64,000 nucleotides of DNA from Anaerolineae bacterium (lineage in GTDB: Bacteria; Chloroflexota; Anaerolineae; UBA1429): the NCBI GenBank assembly GCA_963675785.1, contig OY776562.1:2976001-3040000 (forward strand), in the 5' to 3' direction. Numbering within the stretch: position 1 is the stretch's first letter; the number at the start of each line of letters is the position of its first letter. The notes below the pieces were generated by a model that saw only the letters and a program-made list of their open reading frames with translations, searched no databases and was not told the DNA's origin. The position numbers and the translations under genes are program-made. Of this stretch, positions 19,408 through 28,378 are shown piece by piece.

Positions 19408-19408
19408 A

Positions 19409-19447
19409 AAGAAACCCCGCACTGCATGAAATGCACAGCCACGGGGA
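19409..19447 (-). terminator. Riboswitch expression-platform terminator
   Basis: mRNA CCCCGU...GCGGGG followed by UUUCUUU directly before the ribX ATG. Confidence 0.7.
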
Positions 19448-19460
19448 CGTAAACACTTTT

Positions 19461-19592
19461 TACCTTCTCTTATCCGGACTATACCGTCGGTTCTGGAATC
19501 TCACCAGATCAGCTTTACGCTCGCGGACTTGCCATTTGGCTTACCGCCGATCGGGAATTGACCTCTCAGTCTCACCCTGCCCCGAAGGCTGT
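19461..19592 (-). ncRNA. FMN riboswitch (RFN element)
   Basis: Minus strand reads CCUUCGGGGCAGGGUGA...AUUCCCGAUCGGCGGUA...GUCCGCGAGC...GAUCUGGUGAGAUUCCAGAACCGACGGUAUAGUCCGGAUAAGAGAAGG, matching the RFN consensus blocks. Confidence 0.96.
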
Positions 19593-19632
19593 TCAATTGT
19601 GAGCATTATTATAATGTCGAGAAGGATGACTG

Positions 19633-20697
19633 TCAATTGATGGTGCGATCATAGATAAGCTGAAGGTTTACCTCGGGCAAAAAGGCAATTCTGCCTGAAG
19701 AAAGCCTCACTTCAGCACCAGCTACAACGGTACTGTTGTGGTGTGCAAGCCGCTGCTTTCCGGGCGCGACGATTGTAGCTGTTTCTCCATGATGCGGTCC
19801 CCGAAGAATTCGGACCAACGTTCCAGGGCGCATCTCAAACCGTAGTTCTATAGTGTTTGCGGGAGCAGATTGATCTACAGGGATGATGATAGCATGATCG
19901 CTATAGGGCGGAGCTGCTTCGATATAAGCCTGCATGCCCTCCAGTTCTTGCAGGGTTTTGAGCAGAGGACCCGATAAGGTGTGTTCGCCGAGCCCTACGA
20001 TGAGCATAAGGGGAGTGTGGTACTCGGCAAAGCTTTCTACCATGTTTGGGGGCATACTGCTGGCAACGACCCCCGCAAGATGGAACATCTGGGCTCGTTT
20101 GAGAACAGCAATGTCTGACAAACACCCACCAACGAGAATACAACCCTCGTGTTCCTCGCTTATATCCTCAGGTAACATACAAGGTCCCGGAAGATTTTGG
20201 GCTAGCAAAAGCTTGCCAGCGGCTGATCCTCTTCGCCATGCTCCCGAGATGAAGGCAGCTTTGGTTTCAATGGTGATATAGTTCCTTTCGGACACACTGA
20301 CAACAAGGCCGGGGAGGGCAGCTACAGCACTTGTCGGCTCGTGTTGTTTGTGCAGATAAAGAGTGCCTCGATCATAGTGCCCTACAACGATATCTGCAGG
20401 GGATACAATCTGATGATTGGTGAACCAACGCCTGTGGGAGGCGAGCAGCTCTCCTTGGAGGACCTGCTGACCAGGGCGAACACGCAATGTTTTGATCGCT
20501 GCAGTGGGCGAGACATGGAAACTTTGGGCAATGGGGATGGATAGAATATCCAGCGAAGGGAGAACTGTCTGGATGATCATCTGATTCTCTTGAACCAGTT
20601 CCCCCTCGCTAACAAGTACCCTGGTTTCTCCAGGAAGCTGGTAATGTCTTTGGATGCGGGCACTTTTGAGCAGTGCAGGACTAGCCGAGTGGTTCAT
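19633..20697 (-). CDS. Hypothetical protein with barrel-sandwich-hybrid-like repeats and a C-terminal KOW-like motif (GlmL-operon partner)
   Basis: 'VLVSEGELV', 'VRPGQQVLQGELLA'; C-terminal 'GTLVRILRGPHHGETATI'; overlaps the GlmL-like gene by 17 nt. Confidence 0.65.
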   Translation of the reverse strand: MNHSASPALLKSARIQRHYQLPGETRVLVSEGELVQENQMIIQTVLPSLDILSIPIAQSFHVSPTAAIKTLRVRPGQQVLQGELLASHRRWFTNHQIVSPADIVVGHYDRGTLYLHKQHEPTSAVAALPGLVVSVSERNYITIETKAAFISGAWRRGSAAGKLLLAQNLPGPCMLPEDISEEHEGCILVGGCLSDIAVLKRAQMFHLAGVVASSMPPNMVESFAEYHTPLMLIVGLGEHTLSGPLLKTLQELEGMQAYIEAAPPYSDHAIIIPVDQSAPANTIELRFEMRPGTLVRILRGPHHGETATIVAPGKQRLAHHNSTVVAGAEVRLSSGRIAFLPEVNLQLIYDRTIN

Positions 20698-22405
20698 CGA
20701 GTGCCCTCAGCCAGCCCTCGATTTTCTCCTGTTGCGTGGCCTGGCGTACATTAGCAGAATTGCTGTGGCGTGTATCTACGACAAGACCAAGCCCTCCTCC
20801 ATATACGGCGGATCTTCCACCACGGCCAGGTCTTCCAAGCCCAATATCGACACCGCGATGGGGAAGGACCTTTATAACCGCAGTTTGTGATCGTTCCAGC
20901 GCGATTCGTGCGATTGTGCCTGTACTAATCTGCATCTCTGCGCTTGTACCCGAATCCAAAGAATATTCGAGTTTCATGGCGCGGTCTCCACGAGGTTTCC
21001 CTTGTGAGGAAATCACTGTGGCCATAGGTGTCAGGGCGTCATTTTCTAGCACTTGAAGTGCTGCGAGTGGGGCAATCCTGGCTAGTGCGCCAAGCTGAGG
21101 CAGCAGGGCTTGATCATCGATCAAGAATCTCGAAAGCCCGGTGGGCTGCAAGGCTTTGAGAATGGAGAGCAACGCAGCCCCGCTTTTTTCAGCGCCGGAA
21201 AAGGCCTGGCTCTGAACAACATAGAGATCAGCAGAATTGGGCGGTGGTGCCTGAGTGTGCTGTCGAGCATGGATCTCTACAAAATTATCCCGCGCTTCTT
21301 GAATGCGTATGGATGCCCAAGTAAGCATCGCTAGGTGTTCTTCAAAGGTTTGGGCCATTGATGAGGGATTGGCCAGAGCGTCGGTCAACATCTGGGCAAT
21401 CTCTTCTCGGCTGATTGGTTTAGGCCAGGCTTCCAGAATGCGTTCCACGTCTTGTTCGAGCATCAAATCCGTTAGTTGGGTTCTCTGCCATAACCACTGG
21501 TAATCATCGTCGTGGGCTGCCGCAATCACGACCTCCATTGGGCTGGCTGCTGTAATCAGGACACCTCTTCGGTTCGTATTAGAATGGGCTATAAAGCGCG
21601 CAGTGAGACCTATAGCTCGTGGCGTTGAGATGATGGGGGCATCCGCCCATTCCTGGACACGTGCAAAACCAGTGCACCGGCTGGCACACTGGTTTTCATA
21701 GCAACTCAATACCTCTCTCTGCAATTCTGAGGGGGCCTCGGTATCGGGAGTGGGCCTCACGTTATCGACAACAGAAAAGGGCAAAAAGCCTTCGATGTTG
21801 CGAATGACGGTTCTCCTAGCCTCAAGATTACCTGCATAGATAAGATGAGGCACACGGGACGGTGAGGCTTGGTAGAGCATGGCCAACGATCTGGCAGCTG
21901 CCTGAATGGGTTTGGTACTGCCCTGGTCGGTTCCCCCTGCCAGAACGATCAAATCTGGAGGATCCTGAGCAAGCGCAGTCAGTGTATCTCCGGTCCATGG
22001 TGACGAGGATTCTCCGATGCCCAGGGTCATTTCGATAATTGCGCCGGAGGCTTCAACTGCTCGTCGTGCACTATCTAGCGAATACGCGTTGGTGAGCCCA
22101 ATTACAACAGTACGCAGTGCTGGCGCGGCGCTAGTCGTTACGATCAAAGAATCGATTCCGAAACCGCTCTCTTGTCTGGGTTTGATGGGACCGGTGTCTC
22201 CCCAGAGTCGCCGTTGTATAACTTCTTCTAGCGCGCTCACCGAATTTCTCAAGCTGGATTCCAGATCGGGATTCACGCCAGACCAGATCGTGGCACTTTG
22301 TCCCTTGGCTACAAAGCGATAGACTCCCTCGACGGGTTCGATGAGAGCAGTATGCGTTATAGTTTGGCCAATATCGGCAACGAGAATGGAAAAAGGACTC
22401 TGCAT
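20681..22405 (-). CDS. Glutamate mutase L (GlmL/MutL)-like ASKHA-fold protein
   Basis: 'ILVADIGQTITH' phosphate-1-like motif, 'TTSAAPALR', 'PDLIVLAGGTDQG', 'IYAGN', 'DNVRP', C-terminal 'GGGLGLVVDTR'. Confidence 0.8.
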   Translation of the reverse strand: MQSPFSILVADIGQTITHTALIEPVEGVYRFVAKGQSATIWSGVNPDLESSLRNSVSALEEVIQRRLWGDTGPIKPRQESGFGIDSLIVTTSAAPALRTVVIGLTNAYSLDSARRAVEASGAIIEMTLGIGESSSPWTGDTLTALAQDPPDLIVLAGGTDQGSTKPIQAAARSLAMLYQASPSRVPHLIYAGNLEARRTVIRNIEGFLPFSVVDNVRPTPDTEAPSELQREVLSCYENQCASRCTGFARVQEWADAPIISTPRAIGLTARFIAHSNTNRRGVLITAASPMEVVIAAAHDDDYQWLWQRTQLTDLMLEQDVERILEAWPKPISREEIAQMLTDALANPSSMAQTFEEHLAMLTWASIRIQEARDNFVEIHARQHTQAPPPNSADLYVVQSQAFSGAEKSGAALLSILKALQPTGLSRFLIDDQALLPQLGALARIAPLAALQVLENDALTPMATVISSQGKPRGDRAMKLEYSLDSGTSAEMQISTGTIARIALERSQTAVIKVLPHRGVDIGLGRPGRGGRSAVYGGGLGLVVDTRHSNSANVRQATQQEKIEGWLRALDEPLG

Positions 22406-22407
22406 AG

Positions 22408-23106
22408 CTACAGCCCCACTTGTTCAATGATCAGAGGTATACCCACAGTTAAGAAATCGATGCGTTCGAGCAAGAGAGTGTAAAAAGTTAACAATGCACC
22501 ACTCAAGAGAGCTCCAAGTACTATGGCGATGACGGCTTTTCCCATCCTGCCCAGGCCGCTAGAGATGCGCTCCAAAGCATTAGGCAAGCCTCTGCCATGT
22601 AACGAGATATAGTGAAAGGCTGCCAGCGTCGAGATGGTGCACAGAATCATGATGACGGCGTCCAATGCAAAGCTGGTCCCTGAGAGTCCCGATCCATACG
22701 CGTCGGGCGAAAGTGATTTGATCGTTGCCTCTGTTTGAGGCAATAACGTACCAGAAAGCGTGCCCCCCAGCGCCAACCCTGCCCCGACACTTACAAGCAG
22801 TATGAGGGGGATGCGAGCAAGTCCTGATATCCCCGGGGTGGTCCTGACAAAAAGAGCTAGACCAATGAGGATGAACACCCCGTAATACCAGTATGCAGCA
22901 GGTTCCTGAAGGAACAGGGCCAACCGTGTAATGAGAACCTGCCGCCAAACGACTGCTCCCACATAGCCTGCTGTGATTCCTACCAAGATGTGTTGTGAAA
23001 ATAGCGAGACTTTGCGGTTGATCAGACCGATGAGAACAAGAATGGTCAGCGCACAGGCAACGATCAACCCGATCGTACCCGGTTCCGTGGTTAGTGTGAT
23101 TAGCAT
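22408..23106 (-). CDS. Hypothetical integral membrane protein (about 7 TM)
   Basis: Hydrophobic ORF; start moved to ATG 23106, 4 nt after the upstream stop. Confidence 0.75.
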   Translation of the reverse strand: MLITLTTEPGTIGLIVACALTILVLIGLINRKVSLFSQHILVGITAGYVGAVVWRQVLITRLALFLQEPAAYWYYGVFILIGLALFVRTTPGISGLARIPLILLVSVGAGLALGGTLSGTLLPQTEATIKSLSPDAYGSGLSGTSFALDAVIMILCTISTLAAFHYISLHGRGLPNALERISSGLGRMGKAVIAIVLGALLSGALLTFYTLLLERIDFLTVGIPLIIEQVGL

Positions 23107-23110
23107 AGCA

Positions 23111-24445
23111 CTAGCGTCCGACGCTTTCGTGCGATTTAGTCCATGTTCCCCATATTGCCAGCACAAGCACACCAACGAGCAAAAACAGGCTCGCATCACT
23201 ACCACGGATTTGCGATTCCTCGTCTGGTGTTGCCGATACGCCACTTACTAAAAGATCCAATTGCCCCGAATCCTCATAGGGCAGCAGAAGAGGGTAGATT
23301 CTTTCGGTAACGACCATCTGAATGGGAATATCTACCTGCGAGCCAAACAGCTCAATCCAAGCCAGAGATGTTTCCAGACTATCGCTGAATACCAAAACGC
23401 GACTTACCTGGGTGGCGTTTTGGGTGCTCTCGGTCGTGCAAAGGGGAAAGGCAGCTTGCCAAGACTGTGCCAACAGACGCAACCCTGTCTGCCCAGGTGT
23501 ATAGCCGAGGTCTGTCCACTCTACACTGAGTGTGTCTGCCTCCAGGCTCGAAAGCACAAGTGCAGACATATCGGCGGCCGTGGTACGAGTTGTCATGGTT
23601 AGCACTGGGACCTGACGAACGACCAACGTATTCAGCACGTTCTTTGCGACGGGTAAAAGCTCACCGGCGTAAGAGGCATCATAATCAAAAGATATGAGCA
23701 CGGGCTGGTCTGTAGGAACGATGGCTAGCTCCGAAGCTAACAATCCGCTTGCTGATTCGTCTGTGGTCAGCGCATCAGTGATCTGTCCTTTGGTTAAAAA
23801 AGGCAGTAAAGCCAGGGCAAAAGTAAGAATATAGATGAGAAAGCGCTGTCGAGGCGTTGTGCGCTTTTCCTGGCTTTCCGAAAGGTTGTGTCTTCCCTCG
23901 TCCATTGGTGCATGTTTAATGCCGATCTGTTGCCAGAGTCTGGCTAGCTGATTTTCTCGCGAGGTAGGGCGACGGTACCCCGGAGCGGATGAATCTGGCT
24001 GTTCCATTGTTCGTGTATTGATGTCGAGAATATCATCAATGTTTCCCAGCTCATCATCTGGAGAGGGCACGAGTTGGGGCCAGGATGATTCCTCTGTGCT
24101 TGAGATAGATGTAATGGGCAACTGCTCTTGGGCAAAGTCATCCTCAATTGGCGCTGCAGGGTGCATAGCTTGTTTGTCGGTCTGATCATCAGTGAGCTCC
24201 GGCTCGGATGCTTTTTCCTCAGTCTGATCAGGTTCGGCCGAGATAACTTTGGGACTCGCAGCCAAGGCCTTTTCCGTCTCAGCTGTGGGGTGCAAAAGGC
24301 TAAAGCAGCTTACGCAATAGAGGTCTTGAATCGAATTTGTCGCGCCGCAGTGAGGGCACTGCATCGTCGTGAGATGCCGCCCACAAGATTTGCACTGCTC
24401 AGCTCCCGGTTTATTACTGGCCTGACAAAATGGACAGATTGTCAT
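23111..24445 (-). CDS. Double zinc-ribbon membrane protein with acidic linker and 'SFDY...EL.P' domain
   Basis: Four CxxC pairs at the N-terminus (CPFC, CKSC, CPHC, CVSC), an acidic/Pro linker, a TM, 'VLISFDYDASYAGELLP' and a C-terminal TM. Confidence 0.75.
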   Translation of the reverse strand: MTICPFCQASNKPGAEQCKSCGRHLTTMQCPHCGATNSIQDLYCVSCFSLLHPTAETEKALAASPKVISAEPDQTEEKASEPELTDDQTDKQAMHPAAPIEDDFAQEQLPITSISSTEESSWPQLVPSPDDELGNIDDILDINTRTMEQPDSSAPGYRRPTSRENQLARLWQQIGIKHAPMDEGRHNLSESQEKRTTPRQRFLIYILTFALALLPFLTKGQITDALTTDESASGLLASELAIVPTDQPVLISFDYDASYAGELLPVAKNVLNTLVVRQVPVLTMTTRTTAADMSALVLSSLEADTLSVEWTDLGYTPGQTGLRLLAQSWQAAFPLCTTESTQNATQVSRVLVFSDSLETSLAWIELFGSQVDIPIQMVVTERIYPLLLPYEDSGQLDLLVSGVSATPDEESQIRGSDASLFLLVGVLVLAIWGTWTKSHESVGR

Positions 24446-24452
24446 TTAGATG

Positions 24453-25064
24453 CTATTCCTCCGCTTCAGCGATTGTGTTCTTGCCAGCCAGAAGACGAAT
24501 TGATGATGTGGCAACACCTATAGCCGTGCCGATGAGAATACCCCGGGCTCCGTACGCGATTGGAGAGGCGTATAGCCACTGGCGTAGTGAGACAAAGATG
24601 GGCGATATGGATGCGGAAATCGGCAATTGTATGAACAAAAGCACAAGGCATGTGCCCAGCATGAGTGCGGCTTCGATACCCTTGGTATGAAAATGCAAAA
24701 AGGCAGTCTCCATAACATAAAAAATGAGAATAGCGGTAAAGGTCGATTGCAGCGGGATTAGCACATATTCATAGGTCCAAAGACGTGTACTGGCATTGGG
24801 CAATACACCCATGACAAATGTACCAAGGAGGCAAATCAGTGTGATAATTGCTCCCGGCCGGCTGCTTTTCTCTTCCAATCTTTCGGCGTTGTGATACAGC
24901 AGATTGATGACGCCAGCCAGAACAGCCATTCCTCCGATGATGATGGTCCCTTCTAAAAGGATGTGCCCTATTTCGTCGAGCCAAGGTATGGAAAGGAACA
25001 TATCTGCGACGATTATCAGGCCGCAGATCAATCCCAAAATGACAAGGATTCGTTTCTTGATCAT
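24453..25064 (-). CDS. Hypothetical membrane protein (about 6 TM)
   Basis: 'PLQSTFTAILIFY', 'GARGILIGTAIG...SIRLLAG'; 4-nt overlap with the upstream gene. Confidence 0.75.
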   Translation of the reverse strand: MIKKRILVILGLICGLIIVADMFLSIPWLDEIGHILLEGTIIIGGMAVLAGVINLLYHNAERLEEKSSRPGAIITLICLLGTFVMGVLPNASTRLWTYEYVLIPLQSTFTAILIFYVMETAFLHFHTKGIEAALMLGTCLVLLFIQLPISASISPIFVSLRQWLYASPIAYGARGILIGTAIGVATSSIRLLAGKNTIAEAEE

Positions 25065-25813
25065 GTAAAAGATACCACGATTGAACCAACAATGATGATT
25101 GCAGTAATGGCCATTCTTACAAGATCGTGCCAGACAAGCCTACTCTCGCCATTAGAATCTTGTTCTGTGTTTGCCGAATAAGCCAATACATCTTCTCCCA
25201 TAACGCAGATATCGCTCACGGGACTAAGCAGAACCCAATCTGCGGGGTTTATCGCGCCAACGATACGAACGTGAGCTTGTGGGTGGTTATTTATGAAAAC
25301 AAGACTTTCGGTTGGCGTGTCACCCCACATGATAATTGATTCAGCACCGGATTCTCGAGCCTCTTGTGCTGACTCTAGTCCTGCTACGATAGGCGATGAT
25401 CCAGAAGCTAGAACGCTTGTAGGAGAAAGAATGCGGCCGTTTTTCTCATTCTCATCCTGGGCAATCGCGTCTATTGCGCAATAGAGCGATGCTGCGCCGA
25501 TCGCCTGTCGGACTGGCGCTTCTGCCATCGCAGCACGTTTGGCCAGCTTTTTGCCCAGCTCCAATGTGGCAGCATCCTGCGGCTTGATGATTAAAGCATC
25601 TGTACGCCCTGCACTTAGGAACACGGGGATATCCTGCTCGGCAGCTTCGGCGGCAATGAAAGGCAAGCCCCGGAGCGGATTAGCATGTGTCAAACGGATG
25701 GAGCGCCGTGACCTTGATAAAGGCACTGCAGTGGCACAAAGAACCAGCAAAACACCGATTGCCAGCGCTATTTGCCAGCCGTTTGTGTATTCCCACATCC
25801 AAATATCCGTCAT
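25061..25813 (-). CDS. DUF6754-like membrane protein
   Basis: N-terminal TM, 'EAAEQDIPVFLSAG', 'DICVMGEDVLA', C-terminal TM 'DLVRMAITAIII'; family recognised by eye from motif layout and context. Confidence 0.6.
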   Translation of the reverse strand: MTDIWMWEYTNGWQIALAIGVLLVLCATAVPLSRSRRSIRLTHANPLRGLPFIAAEAAEQDIPVFLSAGRTDALIIKPQDAATLELGKKLAKRAAMAEAPVRQAIGAASLYCAIDAIAQDENEKNGRILSPTSVLASGSSPIVAGLESAQEARESGAESIIMWGDTPTESLVFINNHPQAHVRIVGAINPADWVLLSPVSDICVMGEDVLAYSANTEQDSNGESRLVWHDLVRMAITAIIIVGSIVVSFT

Positions 25814-25983
25814 GATCTGTTTCCATGGGGGATGAGACTATCGTCTTTTCCATCGGGTATTTTGTCTGCGTCGGCCTGAATTCCCAGTTTGGGGAATAGG
25901 GGCTCAAGAAGATCACAAAGCCCTTGAATGATTGGCGAAATGCGATCATCCGCAAAGACGAGTTTTGACTCTTTTTGAGGCAT
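25810..25983 (-). CDS. Small hypothetical protein (about 57 aa), probable first gene of the GlmL-like operon
   Basis: MPQKESKLVFADDRISPIIQGLCDLLEPLF...; the stop overlaps the next start (ATGA); start position uncertain. Confidence 0.45.
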   Translation of the reverse strand: MPQKESKLVFADDRISPIIQGLCDLLEPLFPKLGIQADADKIPDGKDDSLIPHGNRS

Positions 25984-26102
25984 TGTCTTCACGGGTTTTC
26001 TCCTCATTACCGACAGCGTTGGCGCGAGTATACCATTTGCAAGGGAGCGTCGCAACCGCTTGACAGGATCCGTCAAGCTGGTTATCTTTTGTACGCATAA
26101 TC

Positions 26103-26134
26103 ATTCGGTAACGAAATATTCGGTTCCTAACGAA
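26103..26134. promoter_or_regulatory. Probable MarR operator
   Basis: Imperfect palindrome ttcggtaacgaa followed by the related ttcggttcctaacgaa just upstream of the MarR gene. Confidence 0.45.
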
Positions 26135-26150
26135 CCCCGGAGGTCTCAGC

Positions 26151-26621
26151 GTGAATCAGAATGGTCCTCCTGTCGACAAACAGGAACTCGTGCAGGAAGT
26201 TATACAGAATCTGCTGGGCTTTAAGCGTGAGTGGCGAGTACAAAATCGCCGCTTGCAGGAAGAATTTGGACTTTCTTCACAAAAGATAGCCATATTGCGG
26301 CGTCTTGCTTCAGATGGCCCGACAACAGTTGGGCAGGTTGCCAAGCGGTTTTACGTATCGTGCCCAACTGCTTCGGAAGTTCTTGATGGATTGGCGTCTC
26401 TGGGATATGTAACCAGCCGCGTCGGTACGCAAGATGCAAGAAGGAGATGGATTGAGGTAACAGAACAGGGCCGTGCTATCGCGGAAAACGCTCCGTTGAC
26501 CACCGTCGAACGTGTACGGATTCACCTGTCTTCTCTAGAGACAGATGAGATAGAGCATATTGGCAAGGCGATTGCAGAGATCACATCATGCATTAGCTCG
26601 GGGGAGAGAGATAGCGACTGA
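26151..26621 (+). CDS. MarR family transcriptional regulator
   Basis: wHTH with 'DARRRWIEVTEQG'; GGAGG RBS. Confidence 0.92.
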   Translation: MNQNGPPVDKQELVQEVIQNLLGFKREWRVQNRRLQEEFGLSSQKIAILRRLASDGPTTVGQVAKRFYVSCPTASEVLDGLASLGYVTSRVGTQDARRRWIEVTEQGRAIAENAPLTTVERVRIHLSSLETDEIEHIGKAIAEITSCISSGERDSD

Positions 26622-28378
26622 TGAAAGCTTCTCTACGCGTACTCAAATACATGAAGGATTTTTGGTTCCTAGAGGTTACGGCTTATCTCTGTATGTTGGG
26701 AATCAACTTTGTACAGATATACCGCCCACAGCTTACCAAGCAAATCATCGACATTGGCATTACGGAGAATCAACCGGATGTTCTTACATCGTCTGTGCTG
26801 ATGCTTCTTGTACTCACTCTTGTGCAGGGCGCTCTTCGGTTTGGTGAGACGTACCTGACTGAGCGGGTTTCGCAGGGCATTGCTTACAAATTGAGAAATC
26901 AGCTCTACCAAAAGATGCAAAAGCTCTCTTTTAGCTATCACGATAAAACGCAGACGGGACAGCTACTTAGCCGGACGACACGAGACGTGGATAGATTGCG
27001 ACGGTTGACCGGGCGCAGCATCCTGGGACTTGTGCAGGCGGTCATCCTGGTCATCTCTACAGCTGTCATTCTTTTTCGAATGAACGTTACTCTTGCGGCC
27101 TTTTCTCTGTTGGTTATGCCAATCATCGTTGTATACATGAGCAAGTACGTCAACGTAGTGCATCCCATGTGGCACCATCGCCAAGATATCATGGGAGATC
27201 TGACCACGCGATTGGAGCAAAACCTCTATGGGCTCAAGGTGGTTCGTGGTTTTGCCCAAGAAGACGCGGAAAAGGAGCGCTTTTCTCAACCTAACCAGCA
27301 GATTTTCGATATCTCGATGGATCTTGCCCGCAAAGAGGCCGTGGCCATGCCACTGACTGTACTCTTGGCCAGCTCAAGCGCGGTCTTTATCCTCTGGCTG
27401 GGCGGTTCTTTTGTCATCCAGGGCAAGCTTACGTTAGGCGAAATGATTGCCTTTAACTCGTATGTTCTGCAACTTGTTGCGCCGATGCGGCGTCTTGCCA
27501 ACGTTGCGGCAATGCTTGGTGAATCCGAGGCTAGCGCTGAGCGCGTCTTTGAGGTGCTAGATGCTGATGTCGAGATACACGATGACCCCGATGCCAAAGA
27601 GCTGGGCAAGATTCAAGGGCGTGTGGAATTCGAGCATGTGGATTTTTCTTATGTCGGTGGAACATCGGTGCTGACGGATATTTCTTTTGTGGTTGAGCCG
27701 GGTCAGACGGTGGCGCTTTTGGGGCCAACTGGCTCAGGGAAGAGTACGATTATTAATCTCATACCACGTTTCTATGATGTCACTGGTGGTGCCATCCTGG
27801 TCGACGGACAAGATATTGCCAAGGTTAAGGTAGAATCGCTTCGGCAGCAGATTGGCATTGTGTTGCAAGAGACAACTTTGTTTGGCAACACTGTGCGTGA
27901 AAACATCGCTTTTGGGCGCCCTGATGCGACACCTGAAGACATCGAGAATGCGTCCAAGGCAGCTGCCGCGCACGATTTTATTATGCAGATGCCCAATGGA
28001 TATGAAACCATAGTAGGAGAACGCGGGCTGACGCTTTCTGGTGGACAGCGACAGCGCATTGCCATTGCCCGGGCCCTTTTGTTGGATCCCCGCATCTTGA
28101 TTCTCGATGATGCCACTTCCAGCGTCGATACCGAGACGGAGCAGCTCATTCAGGGAGCGTTAGATAATCTTATGAAAGGGCGCACCAGTTTTGTCATTGC
28201 TCAGCGCGTATCGACTGTTCGCAATGCCGATCTGATTCTTGTTATTGACCGGGGACACCTTGTTGCCCGCGGGCAGCACAATGAGCTGATTCAGGAATCA
28301 GGCATCTATGCATCCATTTATCATCAGCAGCTCAGATCGAGCGAGGTTGATGTTGATAGTGGGAGGTCAATAGGATAA
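26621..28378 (+). CDS. Heterodimeric ABC exporter subunit 1 (TMD+NBD)
   Basis: 6 TM, GPTGSGKS, LSGGQRQR, degenerate Walker B 'ILDDA' and switch 'IAQR'. Confidence 0.93.
   Translation: MKASLRVLKYMKDFWFLEVTAYLCMLGINFVQIYRPQLTKQIIDIGITENQPDVLTSSVLMLLVLTLVQGALRFGETYLTERVSQGIAYKLRNQLYQKMQKLSFSYHDKTQTGQLLSRTTRDVDRLRRLTGRSILGLVQAVILVISTAVILFRMNVTLAAFSLLVMPIIVVYMSKYVNVVHPMWHHRQDIMGDLTTRLEQNLYGLKVVRGFAQEDAEKERFSQPNQQIFDISMDLARKEAVAMPLTVLLASSSAVFILWLGGSFVIQGKLTLGEMIAFNSYVLQLVAPMRRLANVAAMLGESEASAERVFEVLDADVEIHDDPDAKELGKIQGRVEFEHVDFSYVGGTSVLTDISFVVEPGQTVALLGPTGSGKSTIINLIPRFYDVTGGAILVDGQDIAKVKVESLRQQIGIVLQETTLFGNTVRENIAFGRPDATPEDIENASKAAAAHDFIMQMPNGYETIVGERGLTLSGGQRQRIAIARALLLDPRILILDDATSSVDTETEQLIQGALDNLMKGRTSFVIAQRVSTVRNADLILVIDRGHLVARGQHNELIQESGIYASIYHQQLRSSEVDVDSGRSIG

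Noticed and set aside
20681-22405. Calling this DNA mismatch repair MutL, or evidence of glutamate fermentation
   Set aside because: 'MutL' here is the glutamate-mutase accessory name; there are no GHKL motifs and no mutase subunits in the window.
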